DNA from: a bacterium
Lineage (GTDB): Bacteria; Patescibacteriota; Microgenomatia; Levybacterales; UBA12049
Assembly (NCBI GenBank): GCA_021813145.1
Contig: JAKALS010000002.1
Coordinates: forward strand, 149,862 to 213,861
Reading direction: 5' to 3'
Length of the DNA stretch: 64,000 nt
Part shown: positions 50,280 to 60,524 of the stretch, one piece after another
Layout of the letters: every line of letters starts with the position of its first letter
Position numbering within the stretch: the stretch's first letter is position 1
The notes under the pieces: model-generated
What the model saw: only the letters and a program-made list of their open reading frames with translations
Told to the model about the DNA's origin: nothing
Databases searched by the model: none
Translations under genes and position numbers: made by a program

Positions 50280-51799
50280 TTAATTAGTATTTTCCTATCT
50301 TTTACAAGTAAAATCAAAATTAAAATCAATCCCAGAAAAGATAGCATGTCCGAAAATAATCTTAGGGGTGTTTCGGTAAAATAAATTTCTATATTGTGAT
50401 TTCCTTTGTTAACGGTAAATCTTATAAGTCCGTTAGTTTTATAATCTATAGCTGTTTTCATATTATCAACCTTTACTACCCATCCCGGAAAATAAACCGA
50501 GTTATACTGAAGAACCGAATACGAAGATGTGTTGATAAAAAGGGTAGTTTTGTTTCCGTTTGTAAAAAGATTCTGTACCTTTGCGTTTCCTTTTATAACC
50601 GTTATTTTTGAGGTTTGGTCTGTTGGGATATTCTTAACCCATTTTGGCATATATTCGTTTTTTACGGTTGTCGTATCCTGATTGGTGGAATAAAAAGTAT
50701 CCGGGTAATACTGGTAATTTTGAGGAACAAGAAAATCCTTTGCCGAATAAAGAATCACCCCTATAAATAAAACGGCAAAAAGTATTTTTATTTTGCCTTT
50801 GAGTAAATTAATCTGAGAAGCCGCAAGAAAAGAAGCTCCCAAAAGCACATAAGATATTAACCTGAACGGAAACTGTATATACGATGTAAAAGGGAAATAT
50901 TTCCAAAAAAGCGAAGTTACTGGAAATACAAACAGAGCAGTTATTAATGTTGTTGTCAAAAAATAAATAGTCTCTTTTTTCCTGTCGAAATAAAGAAGAG
51001 CAAAAGAACATAAAACGATTACAAAAAATACGGGACCCAAAAGATTCAGGTCTTTTAAGTTTAAAAAATATCCGGAGAAATCGGAAACGGGAGTTTTGTC
51101 AAAAACCGTAAACTGCTTATCGTATAAAGCGGGCAGCCAGAAAAAGGCAGATAATAAAAGTCCCAAGACAAAAGACTTAAACATAAAAAGAATCTCTTTT
51201 TTTAAGAGCATGTAAAGGATTAAAAACGGGAAAAAGATAAAAGCAAGAGTGTTATGCGCAGTGACAAGAAGCGCTATGCCAAGACCTGTAAATATATAAT
51301 TTTTTCTCTCGGTCTGCCAAAATATAAAAGGCGCAATAGATAGAGCAAGAACTTCACCGACAGATCCTCTTTTATAAACATCGTAAAGGTGATAAGGAAA
51401 AAGAGTGTAAAGAGTTGCTCCGACAAACGAAGAGATATTATCAAAAAATTTCCTAAGCCATAGATAGGTAAAGACAGAAGAAAACAGTAAAGAAAGACCA
51501 AGTATGACCTTTATCGTATCAACAAAATTAAATCTTAGGATATGAATCAAAACGCCGATATACATAAAAAGCGGATACAAAAAATCGGCGACGGGATAAC
51601 CGAAACCGTCATTAAGCCTCGGAAGATATCTTACGGGAAACTGTCCGTTGCGCAAAGCCTCGTAAAAAGCCGAAAACCTTATTACCATCCAGTTTCCGTC
51701 ATCTGTTGCAAAGAAACCCGGATGCAACAGTCCGATAAGAGCCGGAACGACAAAAATTAACGAGAGACATAAAAAAATAATATTACTTCTTTTTTTCAT
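50276..51799 (-). CDS. PTPS-related membrane protein, putative GT-C glycosyltransferase
   Basis: TDDGNW, FPVRY..LN.GFGYP, YKRGSVGE, IQFPFR, EYMPKW, YFPGW. Confidence 0.78.
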   Translation of the reverse strand: MKKRSNIIFLCLSLIFVVPALIGLLHPGFFATDDGNWMVIRFSAFYEALRNGQFPVRYLPRLNDGFGYPVADFLYPLFMYIGVLIHILRFNFVDTIKVILGLSLLFSSVFTYLWLRKFFDNISSFVGATLYTLFPYHLYDVYKRGSVGEVLALSIAPFIFWQTERKNYIFTGLGIALLVTAHNTLAFIFFPFLILYMLLKKEILFMFKSFVLGLLLSAFFWLPALYDKQFTVFDKTPVSDFSGYFLNLKDLNLLGPVFFVIVLCSFALLYFDRKKETIYFLTTTLITALFVFPVTSLFWKYFPFTSYIQFPFRLISYVLLGASFLAASQINLLKGKIKILFAVLFIGVILYSAKDFLVPQNYQYYPDTFYSTNQDTTTVKNEYMPKWVKNIPTDQTSKITVIKGNAKVQNLFTNGNKTTLFINTSSYSVLQYNSVYFPGWVVKVDNMKTAIDYKTNGLIRFTVNKGNHNIEIYFTETPLRLFSDMLSFLGLILILILLVKDRKILIK

Positions 51800-54158
51800 A
51801 AAATCTTGTAATAAAAAATATTATAAGCAATAAGCCTAAGGATGCGCCCGAAAGAGCTATTCCCCGTACAAAACTAACCGGGTCGTAAGAAAAGACAACG
51901 TTATGTTCTCCTTTTGGAACGGCAACGGCCCTAAACGAATAGTCGGCCCTTAATAAATTTGTCTTAACCCCGTCTACGTATGCGCTCCATTCGGGGTAAT
52001 AATTATCCGAGAGAAAGAGCAAAGAATTCCCGTTTGTTTTTACCGAAAAGCTTACTTCGTTTGCAGTATATGACAAAAGCCGTACGCCGCCTTTTGAATT
52101 TTTATCTATCTTAATACCGGGACTCTTCTCCAAAAGTAAAGTTTTTCTCAAGTCTATCCCACTGTAAATTGAGCTTAGGATATGACTCCTATTTTCTACT
52201 TTAAAGTTATTTGCAAGAAAAAATCTCGGGAGAGCATTTTTATTTTCGTAGACTTGCCAGGGATAAACTTTGTAAACAAGCGAATATTCTTTTTCGGGGA
52301 AGGTCGTCAAATCTGGTTGTTCCCATGCTCCTAAAAGCTGCTGTTTTTGAAGAACATATTTAACTCCCAGAAGGTTAAGAACAGTTTGCCTGAAACCGTT
52401 ATTTTTTAAATCGTCAGGTCCGTAACCCGGCGCTATATTAGCATCGGGCCTTGGTAAAACTTCAGGAAGTGTTCCGGTTTTTGAAGAAGCCAAAAGCTCG
52501 GTATAGGCTGCAATATGTAAAGGGTCGTTTCCCTCGGGCGAATAAGTCCCGTCGACACTTTGGTAATTTGCAGGTATATAGCCGGAACCGTAACCCCAGA
52601 ATCTGTTTATTCCCGCGGTTTCTTTTATATAAGAGATTATGGGCGTGTTCGGATAAGTAAGCTGCGCCGGTGAGAAAGGCGTAATTTTATTGAAAAAATA
52701 AAAAAGGTCAAAGCTTACCAATAACAAGACAATAATAAAAGCCAGATTCTTATTTACTCTTTTAAGGTAAAAAGCAACCAGAATGCCAAAGGCCAGAACA
52801 GTAGGCAGAATCAGGTTATGCTTTGTTACCGAGATATTTGAAGGATCAATAGCAATAAATTTAGGAAGTAAAAATACTACGCCCCAGATAAGAGCATAAA
52901 AAATAACAAAAAATACAGGGAAAAGCGATTTATAATTTTTTTCTTTTAACCAGTTGTCTATCCCCAAAGCCCCCAAGATTATTACCGAAAAAATAAATAT
53001 ATTAAGTTCTCTTGTCGGAACAGTTGTCGAGACCATCGGGATAGGCAAAAGGTATAAAAATTTTATTCCCGGTAAATTTGAGGCGATTATCAAAGATAAA
53101 AACGCAAGGACAGAAAAGAAAAATTTTTCCGGATTTTTGGATTTGAAAACAGAATAAATCGCAAAAAACAAAATCCCAACTCCGGCGTACATAACTGTTT
53201 CTATATATGTACCGTTATACCAATAGTTCCTTGTTGCAGGATTTCCGAAAAAGTCCGGAACAAAAGCTGTTATCCAATAATAAAAAGGGGCGAGCATTTT
53301 TGATATCTGGCCAAGAGTATAAGCTCCCCTTGTGGAATCGGAAAACAACACAAGCGTTGGGTAAAGTTGAAAAAAAGTCAAAGCTATGGGAAATATTAAC
53401 GAAACAGCAAAGAGAAAGTTTCTTTTATGTTTTAAGGTTCTTTTTTTATCCCTAAAAAATAGAAACAGGAAATAAAGAAAGCTTATTACATAAATATAAA
53501 AAACTCCCTGTATGTATCCAGCAAGAAATGAAACCGAAATAATAAGTGTTAGTATTAAAAAATCAAGAGACGAAAATTTTTCGTAAAGCCTTTTTACAAA
53601 AAGCAAAATAAACGGAAGCCATAAAAGAGTACTCCCGATATTGCCGTACTCTATCCAGACAGTCATATATGAAGAGAAAGCAAAGGCAATACCCCCTATA
53701 ATAGATGCCTGTTTTGAAAGCGACAATCCCCTGCAAAGAAAAAGGTACATAAAAATAGCGGCAAGAAAAGGCTGGAGCATAATAATAATTGTCCAGGCAA
53801 GATTAAAAGGCAGGCCAAGGTACAAAAGATTGAAAGGATAAAAAAGACCTGTCTGGAAATTGGCAAGCTGCGGATTGCCGGAAAAATTATGCGGGTTCCA
53901 GAAAGGAATGCTTCCTCCTTTAACCTGACTAATAGAAAAATAACGCCAGGGGTATATCTCGTTTATTACATCCGGGCCCTGAGCTTTATTGGGATACCCA
54001 CCGGGAGGAAAACCCAGATAAGACTGTGTATTATAAGGATTTTCGCTTACCAGAAGGTCTCCGGGAAAAGGAATTTGTCCCTTAAAAACAGGATAAAAAA
54101 ATAGGCAGACGACAACGGATATCAGAAGAAAAGACCAGAACTTTTTTATCTTATTCAT
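51783..54158 (-). CDS. YfhO-family membrane protein (GT-C)
   Basis: DVINEIYPW, PFWNPHNFSG, AGYIQ, EGNDP, DNYYPEW..VDG..ADYSFRAV. Confidence 0.85.
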   Translation of the reverse strand: MNKIKKFWSFLLISVVVCLFFYPVFKGQIPFPGDLLVSENPYNTQSYLGFPPGGYPNKAQGPDVINEIYPWRYFSISQVKGGSIPFWNPHNFSGNPQLANFQTGLFYPFNLLYLGLPFNLAWTIIIMLQPFLAAIFMYLFLCRGLSLSKQASIIGGIAFAFSSYMTVWIEYGNIGSTLLWLPFILLFVKRLYEKFSSLDFLILTLIISVSFLAGYIQGVFYIYVISFLYFLFLFFRDKKRTLKHKRNFLFAVSLIFPIALTFFQLYPTLVLFSDSTRGAYTLGQISKMLAPFYYWITAFVPDFFGNPATRNYWYNGTYIETVMYAGVGILFFAIYSVFKSKNPEKFFFSVLAFLSLIIASNLPGIKFLYLLPIPMVSTTVPTRELNIFIFSVIILGALGIDNWLKEKNYKSLFPVFFVIFYALIWGVVFLLPKFIAIDPSNISVTKHNLILPTVLAFGILVAFYLKRVNKNLAFIIVLLLVSFDLFYFFNKITPFSPAQLTYPNTPIISYIKETAGINRFWGYGSGYIPANYQSVDGTYSPEGNDPLHIAAYTELLASSKTGTLPEVLPRPDANIAPGYGPDDLKNNGFRQTVLNLLGVKYVLQKQQLLGAWEQPDLTTFPEKEYSLVYKVYPWQVYENKNALPRFFLANNFKVENRSHILSSIYSGIDLRKTLLLEKSPGIKIDKNSKGGVRLLSYTANEVSFSVKTNGNSLLFLSDNYYPEWSAYVDGVKTNLLRADYSFRAVAVPKGEHNVVFSYDPVSFVRGIALSGASLGLLLIIFFITRFYEKKK

Positions 54159-55690
54159 TATTGCGGCAAAATCTGATAAACCCTATAAAGATAATTACTG
54201 TTTCCTTCTGACACTTGAAATATTAATTTAAGCGGAAAATTTTGAGGAATTACCTGGTGCTCGGGCTGGTAGAAAATGAAATAGGAGGGCATCTTTTTTG
54301 CATATGCCAAAGCCTCGGCAGGCAACTGGTTTCCGATAGGCCAAAATCCTTTTATTGTTACATTCGGATTTTGTATAAGGTACAATTCCATGGATTCGGG
54401 CATAAGACCGAAGGTGCCTTCTGTCCCTATAAATATTTTTCCGCTCATGGCTTTCTGACTGAAGAATTCTACGCTTTTTCTTACTCCCCAACCCGCAGAC
54501 CAGCTTCCTATATACTGGTTGTAATCGCTGTCTGCGATTGAAGCTTTTACGGGGTTTTGGGCAAATACAAAAGAAACGTATCCCGAATAAGCTACAAAGA
54601 TCAAAACAATAATAAAACTAAGGATTATTTTTGAACTTAAAGTTTTTAAATTCAGTTTTTCAATAATATAAACGGTTATATAATCCAATGACCAGGCCGC
54701 CAAAGGAAGAAGAAAAAGGCTCATAAAATATATAAACCTCGGAAATATAACTCTTCCGAAAAGCGCCAGTCCTACAAACGGAAATGCAAAATATGCCAAT
54801 AAAAGCAATTTTTCCCTCGGATACCTAAAGATAAAAACAATCGAAAAAAGAATAAGAAGAATATACGGAAGCTTAAGATATTGGACAAGCCAACTGAAAA
54901 GCCCGTGAAGATTTCCCACAAAAAACGTAAACGGGTGGTGTATCCACTGCGAGAATGGATAGACAAATACGGCATTTTTTGCCGATATCATTTCAAAAAG
55001 CGGAGAAAGCCTTAGAACAGAATACAGAATCTGGGAAATAACAACCGCAAATAATAAATAGAGAATTAATCTTATAATCCTGTTCTTTAAAAACTTGGAT
55101 TTAAAATCAAATAAAAGGACAAGAAAAGGCATTGAATATATGCTGAAAAAATCGGAGGTTTTGGTAAGAGTTCCTGCACCTATAACAAAACCCAGGGTAT
55201 AGGCTATATCCAGCCTTATTCTCCTTACAAGAAGAACAGAAAAATATAATGCCCAAACAGCAAGAGTTCCGACCATTCCATCCATCAAGGCCATTCTGTC
55301 GTATACCTGGGCAAAAGGATAAAAAACGTAAAGTATTGCGGTAAAAAAAGCTATTTTTCTGTTTTTAAAAAGCTCAAAGCTCAACAGCCAAAGCCCTGTC
55401 ATTGTAAAAAAACCCGAAAGCACAGAAACGAGTCTTCCGGCAAGTAGCGGATCTTTTATAAACTTCATAAAAACCATCATGAACCAGACAAAAAGAGGCT
55501 GCTTACCGTCCGTTAATGAAATAAACCTCCAGGAAGAGTCATGAAGGGCAATCTGAGCCCAACGAAGATATATTGCCTCGTCGGTGAACATGGGAAGAGT
55601 TTCCAGAAAAACCAGCCTTAATATGAAATATGCCGCGGAAATCAAAAGAGCAAGAATGATTTCGTTTCTGAATTTTGAAATCAAATTCAT
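54158..55690 (-). CDS. GT-C membrane glycosyltransferase (GT39/GT83-like)
   Basis: LRL..PMFTDEAIY, GKQPL, GRLVS, DRMAL.D, LTK. Confidence 0.8.
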   Translation of the reverse strand: MNLISKFRNEIILALLISAAYFILRLVFLETLPMFTDEAIYLRWAQIALHDSSWRFISLTDGKQPLFVWFMMVFMKFIKDPLLAGRLVSVLSGFFTMTGLWLLSFELFKNRKIAFFTAILYVFYPFAQVYDRMALMDGMVGTLAVWALYFSVLLVRRIRLDIAYTLGFVIGAGTLTKTSDFFSIYSMPFLVLLFDFKSKFLKNRIIRLILYLLFAVVISQILYSVLRLSPLFEMISAKNAVFVYPFSQWIHHPFTFFVGNLHGLFSWLVQYLKLPYILLILFSIVFIFRYPREKLLLLAYFAFPFVGLALFGRVIFPRFIYFMSLFLLPLAAWSLDYITVYIIEKLNLKTLSSKIILSFIIVLIFVAYSGYVSFVFAQNPVKASIADSDYNQYIGSWSAGWGVRKSVEFFSQKAMSGKIFIGTEGTFGLMPESMELYLIQNPNVTIKGFWPIGNQLPAEALAYAKKMPSYFIFYQPEHQVIPQNFPLKLIFQVSEGNSNYLYRVYQILPQ

Positions 55691-55696
55691 ACAACG

Positions 55697-55725
55697 ATTA
55701 TAGTAAAATCCCCCTCTTCAATCAA
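55697..55725 (-). promoter_or_regulatory. Sigma70 promoter in leaderless arrangement
   Basis: TTGATT-17 nt-TATAAT-6 nt-ATG(55690). Confidence 0.6.
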
Positions 55726-56900
55726 CGCCTTAAAAGATTTTGCCAAAGGAAATAAAAAGAGGTTAAAACTATCAAAACAATAACACCGGCAACTTCTATA
55801 TTAAAAATTACAAAAGGATAACCTTTTGCGTAATCCGTCATATAAACATACGCTATATAAATAAATGTAGAAAATAGGGAAGCAGCAGCGGAAGGGATAA
55901 AAACATAGTACTTTTTAGGAACAAAAGAAGCCATGGATAAAGGCAAAAGCATGTACCAAGGCTGATAGGTTGTTCTAACCGAAGCAAGTATTACGGTCAA
56001 AAGTGAAAGGAAAAAAGAATAAATAAAAATCTTCTCCCAATCTACCTTCTTTTTTATCTTTTCCAAATACATGAGATAAAAAATTATGGGAACAAACACT
56101 CCCGTTGAAAATTTAACGCCTACGGAAAGTAAATAGAAAATCCCGGAAGCAATTCTTTTCCGCATAAGATACAAATAAACAGACAGAAGAAAAAGAAAAA
56201 TCATCGGAATATCGTTATGGGCCGAGACAAGAGATTCTATTATTACGAGCGGATTAAAAGCGAAAAACGAAAGGTTGATGAACTTATTTTCCGGAAAAAG
56301 CTTATCCGAAATTTTATAGATAAAATAACAGCTTCCAAGATAAGAAAGCCCCATTAAAATTTTGAACATAAAAAAAGTCGGAAGAAAAATATTCATTCCC
56401 AAAAAAGATAAAGGAACGGTAAGCAAAAGCCAGGTCGGACCGTACGGATAAGTCCTATGCGTCCAACGCATAAAGTTAAGCATCGGGTCGCCGGGAAAAT
56501 CCGAGGCCTTGTGGATATAGGGATTTTGGGCGTAATGGGTTATTATTTTTGCGTCGAAAATATAATTAAAAAGATCGTAAGAAAAGGCATTATAGGAAAA
56601 AACAAGAATTATGAAAGTTACGGGGATAAGAATCTTAAAATATTTTAGATTCAATTTATTTTTTAAGGACAAATATAACGTTAAAATATAACACGCAAAT
56701 AAGACCAAAAGTATTATTGTAAAAATTTCCGAGGACAACGGCCTTTGAAAAAAACCAATATACTGGAAATTTTTCTCTATAGTCTGATATATCGAAGCCC
56801 TTGAGAGAGTAAGGCTTAAATCGACTTGAGTAAAAGAATAGAAAAAAAGAACTATTAATGCCGTAACATAAGAGGCAGAAAGAAGCCACAACTTTTTCAT
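55722..56900 (-). CDS. GT-C glycosyltransferase, MptA/MptB-like (polyprenol-P-sugar dependent)
   Basis: SYDLFNY..A....NPY..W....PYGP, FNPLVIIE....AHND..M, VKF, QPWY motifs resemble actinobacterial MptA/B. Confidence 0.68.
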   Translation of the reverse strand: MKKLWLLSASYVTALIVLFFYSFTQVDLSLTLSRASIYQTIEKNFQYIGFFQRPLSSEIFTIILLVLFACYILTLYLSLKNKLNLKYFKILIPVTFIILVFSYNAFSYDLFNYIFDAKIITHYAQNPYIHKASDFPGDPMLNFMRWTHRTYPYGPTWLLLTVPLSFLGMNIFLPTFFMFKILMGLSYLGSCYFIYKISDKLFPENKFINLSFFAFNPLVIIESLVSAHNDIPMIFLFLLSVYLYLMRKRIASGIFYLLSVGVKFSTGVFVPIIFYLMYLEKIKKKVDWEKIFIYSFFLSLLTVILASVRTTYQPWYMLLPLSMASFVPKKYYVFIPSAAASLFSTFIYIAYVYMTDYAKGYPFVIFNIEVAGVIVLIVLTSFYFLWQNLLRR

Positions 56901-57658
56901 AAATTATTGTATTTTCCCTTTATCGCATTAACCTTTATATTTATTAAATCTGTAAAAGCGCTTAAGGAATCTTTAACGGGGCTTACTCTTCTTGATTCGA
57001 CATAAAGCCAGTTAACGGGTACCTCTTTTATCTTATAACCCTCCTTTTGGGCAAGAAAAAGAAGTTCAACATCAAAACCGGCTTTAACTGCCGAACCGGA
57101 AATTGTTTTAAAACCGTGATGAAACTTTTTAAGCTTTTCAAAAAGGTTCAGGGATGATTTTTGGCTGAAAATTTTGAATCCGCACTGGGTATCCGTAACT
57201 CCCTCTATGTTTCCCACAATTACTCTTCTTAAAAATATCATGCCTCTGCCCATTAAAGCTCTTGTCCAGGGAGCTCCTTTTCTTTGGGAGCTTCTGCTTC
57301 CTATTACAATATCATAATCCTTTAAAAAAGGGCTTAATTTGTCTAATTCTTCTATAGGAGTTGCCTGGTCCATATCGGTAAAAAGCCTGTAGTCTCCCTG
57401 AGCTTTTAACATTCCCGCCGTCACTGCGCCCGCTTTTCCCGTATGCGAGTTTTCAAGAAGTATAAAATTATTATTATCTTTTACAAATTTTCTTAAAAAC
57501 TCCTGGCTTCCGTCTGTTGAGCCATCGTCTACGATTATTACCTCGTATTGATATTTTTGCTTTCCCAAAAAATGTCCGACTTTATCGAGTACGCCCTTTT
57601 GGAGATTTGCCATTTCGTTATAACACGGGATTATTACGGAAAGATATATTTTATTCAC
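56897..57658 (-). CDS. GT2 polyprenol-phosphate glycosyltransferase (ALG5-like)
   Basis: HTGKAGAV, FTDMDQATP, DTQCGFKIF, GFDVELL; GTG at 57658 preferred because TATAAT lies 6 nt upstream. Confidence 0.85.
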   Translation of the reverse strand: MNKIYLSVIIPCYNEMANLQKGVLDKVGHFLGKQKYQYEVIIVDDGSTDGSQEFLRKFVKDNNNFILLENSHTGKAGAVTAGMLKAQGDYRLFTDMDQATPIEELDKLSPFLKDYDIVIGSRSSQRKGAPWTRALMGRGMIFLRRVIVGNIEGVTDTQCGFKIFSQKSSLNLFEKLKKFHHGFKTISGSAVKAGFDVELLFLAQKEGYKIKEVPVNWLYVESRRVSPVKDSLSAFTDLINIKVNAIKGKYNNL

Positions 57659-57700
57659 AAAAGAATTATACAAGAAATAAAAAGTCTTAACAAATAAGGA

Positions 57701-57729
57701 TTGACAAAAAAATTCCTATGATTTATAAA
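57701..57729 (+). promoter_or_regulatory. Sigma70 promoter for the 57761 ORF
   Basis: TTGACA-17 nt-TATAAA. Confidence 0.55.
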
Positions 57730-57760
57730 AGTATTTTGTATGTCTCTGCCCTAAAAATTT

Positions 57761-58981
57761 ATGTCGGCAGAAAAACCTATTAATTGGCCTATCGAAGATC
57801 CCCGGGATGGAAGAGGATTTCACTTTAAATACGAGAAACGACAAATACCCGATAGCTCCCTTAACTGGCCCATAGAAGACCCTCTCGATGGGAGGGGATT
57901 CCGTTTTGCAAGAGAAGAAAACTCAATACCTCCCGACTATATTAAAAGAAACCAATCATTTTGGAGAAAAGCGCAAAGAGGAATTTTTTCAAGACCGGCA
58001 GAACTTGGAATGAGCGCAACTTTTTTACACAGGAGAATAGTAGAAACTTTTAACCTTGAAAACGCACAAGAGTCTATTTTAGTCTGGTCAACTCTATTTG
58101 ATAAACCAAAAACTCCCTCCTCGGAATTTGTATATGCGGAGAGATTTCCGTCAAACATAAAAGAAGAAGATAGACAATATTGGACTGCGGGAATGGTAAA
58201 TATTACCGAATTTGCCACCAATTATGCTACCAGAGAATTTTTCAAAAAAAATGCCGATTTACCAATTGCAAGAAGTATTGCCGAGGTTTACGGCGAATTA
58301 GCGGATATGGCCACTTATAAAATCATGATAGGAGGCACTTATTACAGAATGCATGCAATCGAGGAGCAGGCAGTTCTAAGCGGGAAAGATTTTAAAGCTG
58401 CTATTTTTAAAGCTCTTTTTCAGCATGATTTCAATCCTATTAATAGTATCATTTCTGACACAAGCGGTTACTCCGGTTGCTCCAACATCGACGAACTGGC
58501 AATACAAATAGGAAAAAACAGGTTCAGAAAACCTGACTTGGGGAAGTGGCTGGGAAAATTGGAGATAGGAAATAAAGACGGGAAAATAAAGTCTAATTTA
58601 AAAAATTCCATTACCTCACTCGCAGCAGGGGGTGTATATCGAAATCCCGGGGTAACAGAAATTTCCGGAGCAATACCTTCTCTTTTTTACTTAGAAACAG
58701 GAGCAGTTTCGGGCCTAGAATTAAGTAGCATATTAAAAAATCCTCACTTTTCGCACATATTATCCTCTTTTCAATTTGACTCTCTTTTTGCTCTTGCTAC
58801 AAGCAAAGAATTAATGGCTTCTTTGGCACCCATTTTTTTAATCTATCCGTTTATTGCCGTTCATGAAAGCATACACAGTTATTCCTCGAATAAAGAATTT
58901 ATGGGTCTTCTCCCCGCAAGGATAGTAAGAAGAGAAAAAACTCCGGGGTTAATAGCATTAGAACCGGCAAGAAGAGCCTAG
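57761..58981 (+). CDS. Hypothetical protein with duplicated N-terminal motif and C-terminal HExxH
   Basis: 406-aa ORF; NWPIEDPxDGRGFxF twice; hydrophobic helix followed by VHESIH. Confidence 0.7.
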   Translation: MSAEKPINWPIEDPRDGRGFHFKYEKRQIPDSSLNWPIEDPLDGRGFRFAREENSIPPDYIKRNQSFWRKAQRGIFSRPAELGMSATFLHRRIVETFNLENAQESILVWSTLFDKPKTPSSEFVYAERFPSNIKEEDRQYWTAGMVNITEFATNYATREFFKKNADLPIARSIAEVYGELADMATYKIMIGGTYYRMHAIEEQAVLSGKDFKAAIFKALFQHDFNPINSIISDTSGYSGCSNIDELAIQIGKNRFRKPDLGKWLGKLEIGNKDGKIKSNLKNSITSLAAGGVYRNPGVTEISGAIPSLFYLETGAVSGLELSSILKNPHFSHILSSFQFDSLFALATSKELMASLAPIFLIYPFIAVHESIHSYSSNKEFMGLLPARIVRREKTPGLIALEPARRA

Positions 58982-58982
58982 A

Positions 58983-60518
58983 TTACATCATACCTTCTCC
59001 GGGCTCCATTTTCGAAGCTGCAGCTCCCATTTCACTTGATGTTTCCTTAAGGAACATTGCCGAAATTGCACCCAAAAAAGTGACAAAGGAGGCCGCAAGG
59101 AAAACTGTGTTAAAAGACACAATATTTGCCTTTAATGCCATAAGATAGGCGATTTTAGCCAAAGTAGCAGGATCTGTCGTATTTATTACCGTGTATTTTT
59201 GTACATCAAAAATTGCGGAATTGGCGCTGTTGGTTAAAATAGTTGCAAAAATTGCTACTCCGAATGCACCGGCAATATTTCTAAAAAGTGCCAGTACCGA
59301 AGAGGCAACTCCAACTTCATGCATAGGGACTTTAGCTATAGCTGCATTTGTTAAGGGGGCAAAAGTCATTCCAAGGCCTAAAGCCAAGGCAAAAAGCAGA
59401 AGAGCAAGATGGAAGAAAGACCAAGTTAGATCTATTCCCGAAAATAGAAAAAGGGCAAAAGAAGCCCATATAAGGCCGGCGGCAACAACGTATCTTGGCT
59501 GGTATTTTATGGAAAGCCTTGCTCCTACTTGAGCCGCAGGAAGCATACCTAAAGCCATCGGAATAAAAAGATAACCTGTTTTGGTTACGTCATATTGTAA
59601 ATAACCCTGTACAAAAATAGGGAGTAGAAACAATCCGCCGATGAGACCCATAAATGTAATAAAAGACGCTATCATTGAAATCGTAAACTCCGGTATCTTA
59701 AAGAATTTAAGATCCACCACGGGCTCTATCTGCCTTTTTTCAATGAATATAAAAAGGATGAACGAAGACACAGATACAAGGAAAGTTAAAATGCTGTTAA
59801 AACTCGTCCATCCCCAAGATTGACCCTGATCCAAAACATATACTAAAGAACCAAGAGCAAGACCTAAGATTATTGAGCCGAAAACATCGAAATTTTTTAT
59901 TCCCTTTATCTTCTGAACGGGTTCCTCTATAAATCTCCATGCCATAAAAGTAGCTACTATCCCGAAGGGCACATTAATATAAAAGACCGATCTCCAGGAA
60001 AATGTGTCTATTAAAGGTCCACCTACTAAAGGCCCAAAAACAGCCGCAACGCCGAAAACCGCAGACCAAAGACCCATAGCCTGTGCCCTTTTTGCCTTGT
60101 CTTCAAAAGTAAAGGCAATGATGGAAAGCGCAAGAGGATAATCTATCGAAACGGTAATAGCCTGCAAAATCCTGAAAATTATCATCTGGGGAAGACTTGT
60201 GGAAAGTCCTGCAAAAACCGATGCGATAACAAAACCGACAATGCCAAAAAGGTATAAAGGCTTTTTTCCGATTAAATCACCGAGTTTTCCAAAAACAGGT
60301 ACAAAGATAGCGTTGGCAATAATATAGGCTGTAGATATCCAGCTTGCCTGGGAAACCGTAATTCCAAAATCCGAAATCATCTTAGGAAGGGCAAGGTTAA
60401 CAACCGTTCCGTCAAGTCTTCCCAAAAAACTTGCCAACATCACCGTTATAAGAATAATCCACTCATGCGGATGGAAACCCCCTCTTGGAGTTGATTTTTT
60501 AGAAACCGTCTTTACCAT
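58983..60518 (-). CDS. MFS drug:H+ antiporter, DHA2 (EmrB/QacA) family
   Basis: LDGTVVNLALP, GKLGDLIGKK motif A, GPLVGG..SWRSVFYINVP; 14 TMs. Confidence 0.92.
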   Translation of the reverse strand: MVKTVSKKSTPRGGFHPHEWIILITVMLASFLGRLDGTVVNLALPKMISDFGITVSQASWISTAYIIANAIFVPVFGKLGDLIGKKPLYLFGIVGFVIASVFAGLSTSLPQMIIFRILQAITVSIDYPLALSIIAFTFEDKAKRAQAMGLWSAVFGVAAVFGPLVGGPLIDTFSWRSVFYINVPFGIVATFMAWRFIEEPVQKIKGIKNFDVFGSIILGLALGSLVYVLDQGQSWGWTSFNSILTFLVSVSSFILFIFIEKRQIEPVVDLKFFKIPEFTISMIASFITFMGLIGGLFLLPIFVQGYLQYDVTKTGYLFIPMALGMLPAAQVGARLSIKYQPRYVVAAGLIWASFALFLFSGIDLTWSFFHLALLLFALALGLGMTFAPLTNAAIAKVPMHEVGVASSVLALFRNIAGAFGVAIFATILTNSANSAIFDVQKYTVINTTDPATLAKIAYLMALKANIVSFNTVFLAASFVTFLGAISAMFLKETSSEMGAAASKMEPGEGMM

Positions 60519-60524
60519 AGTAAA

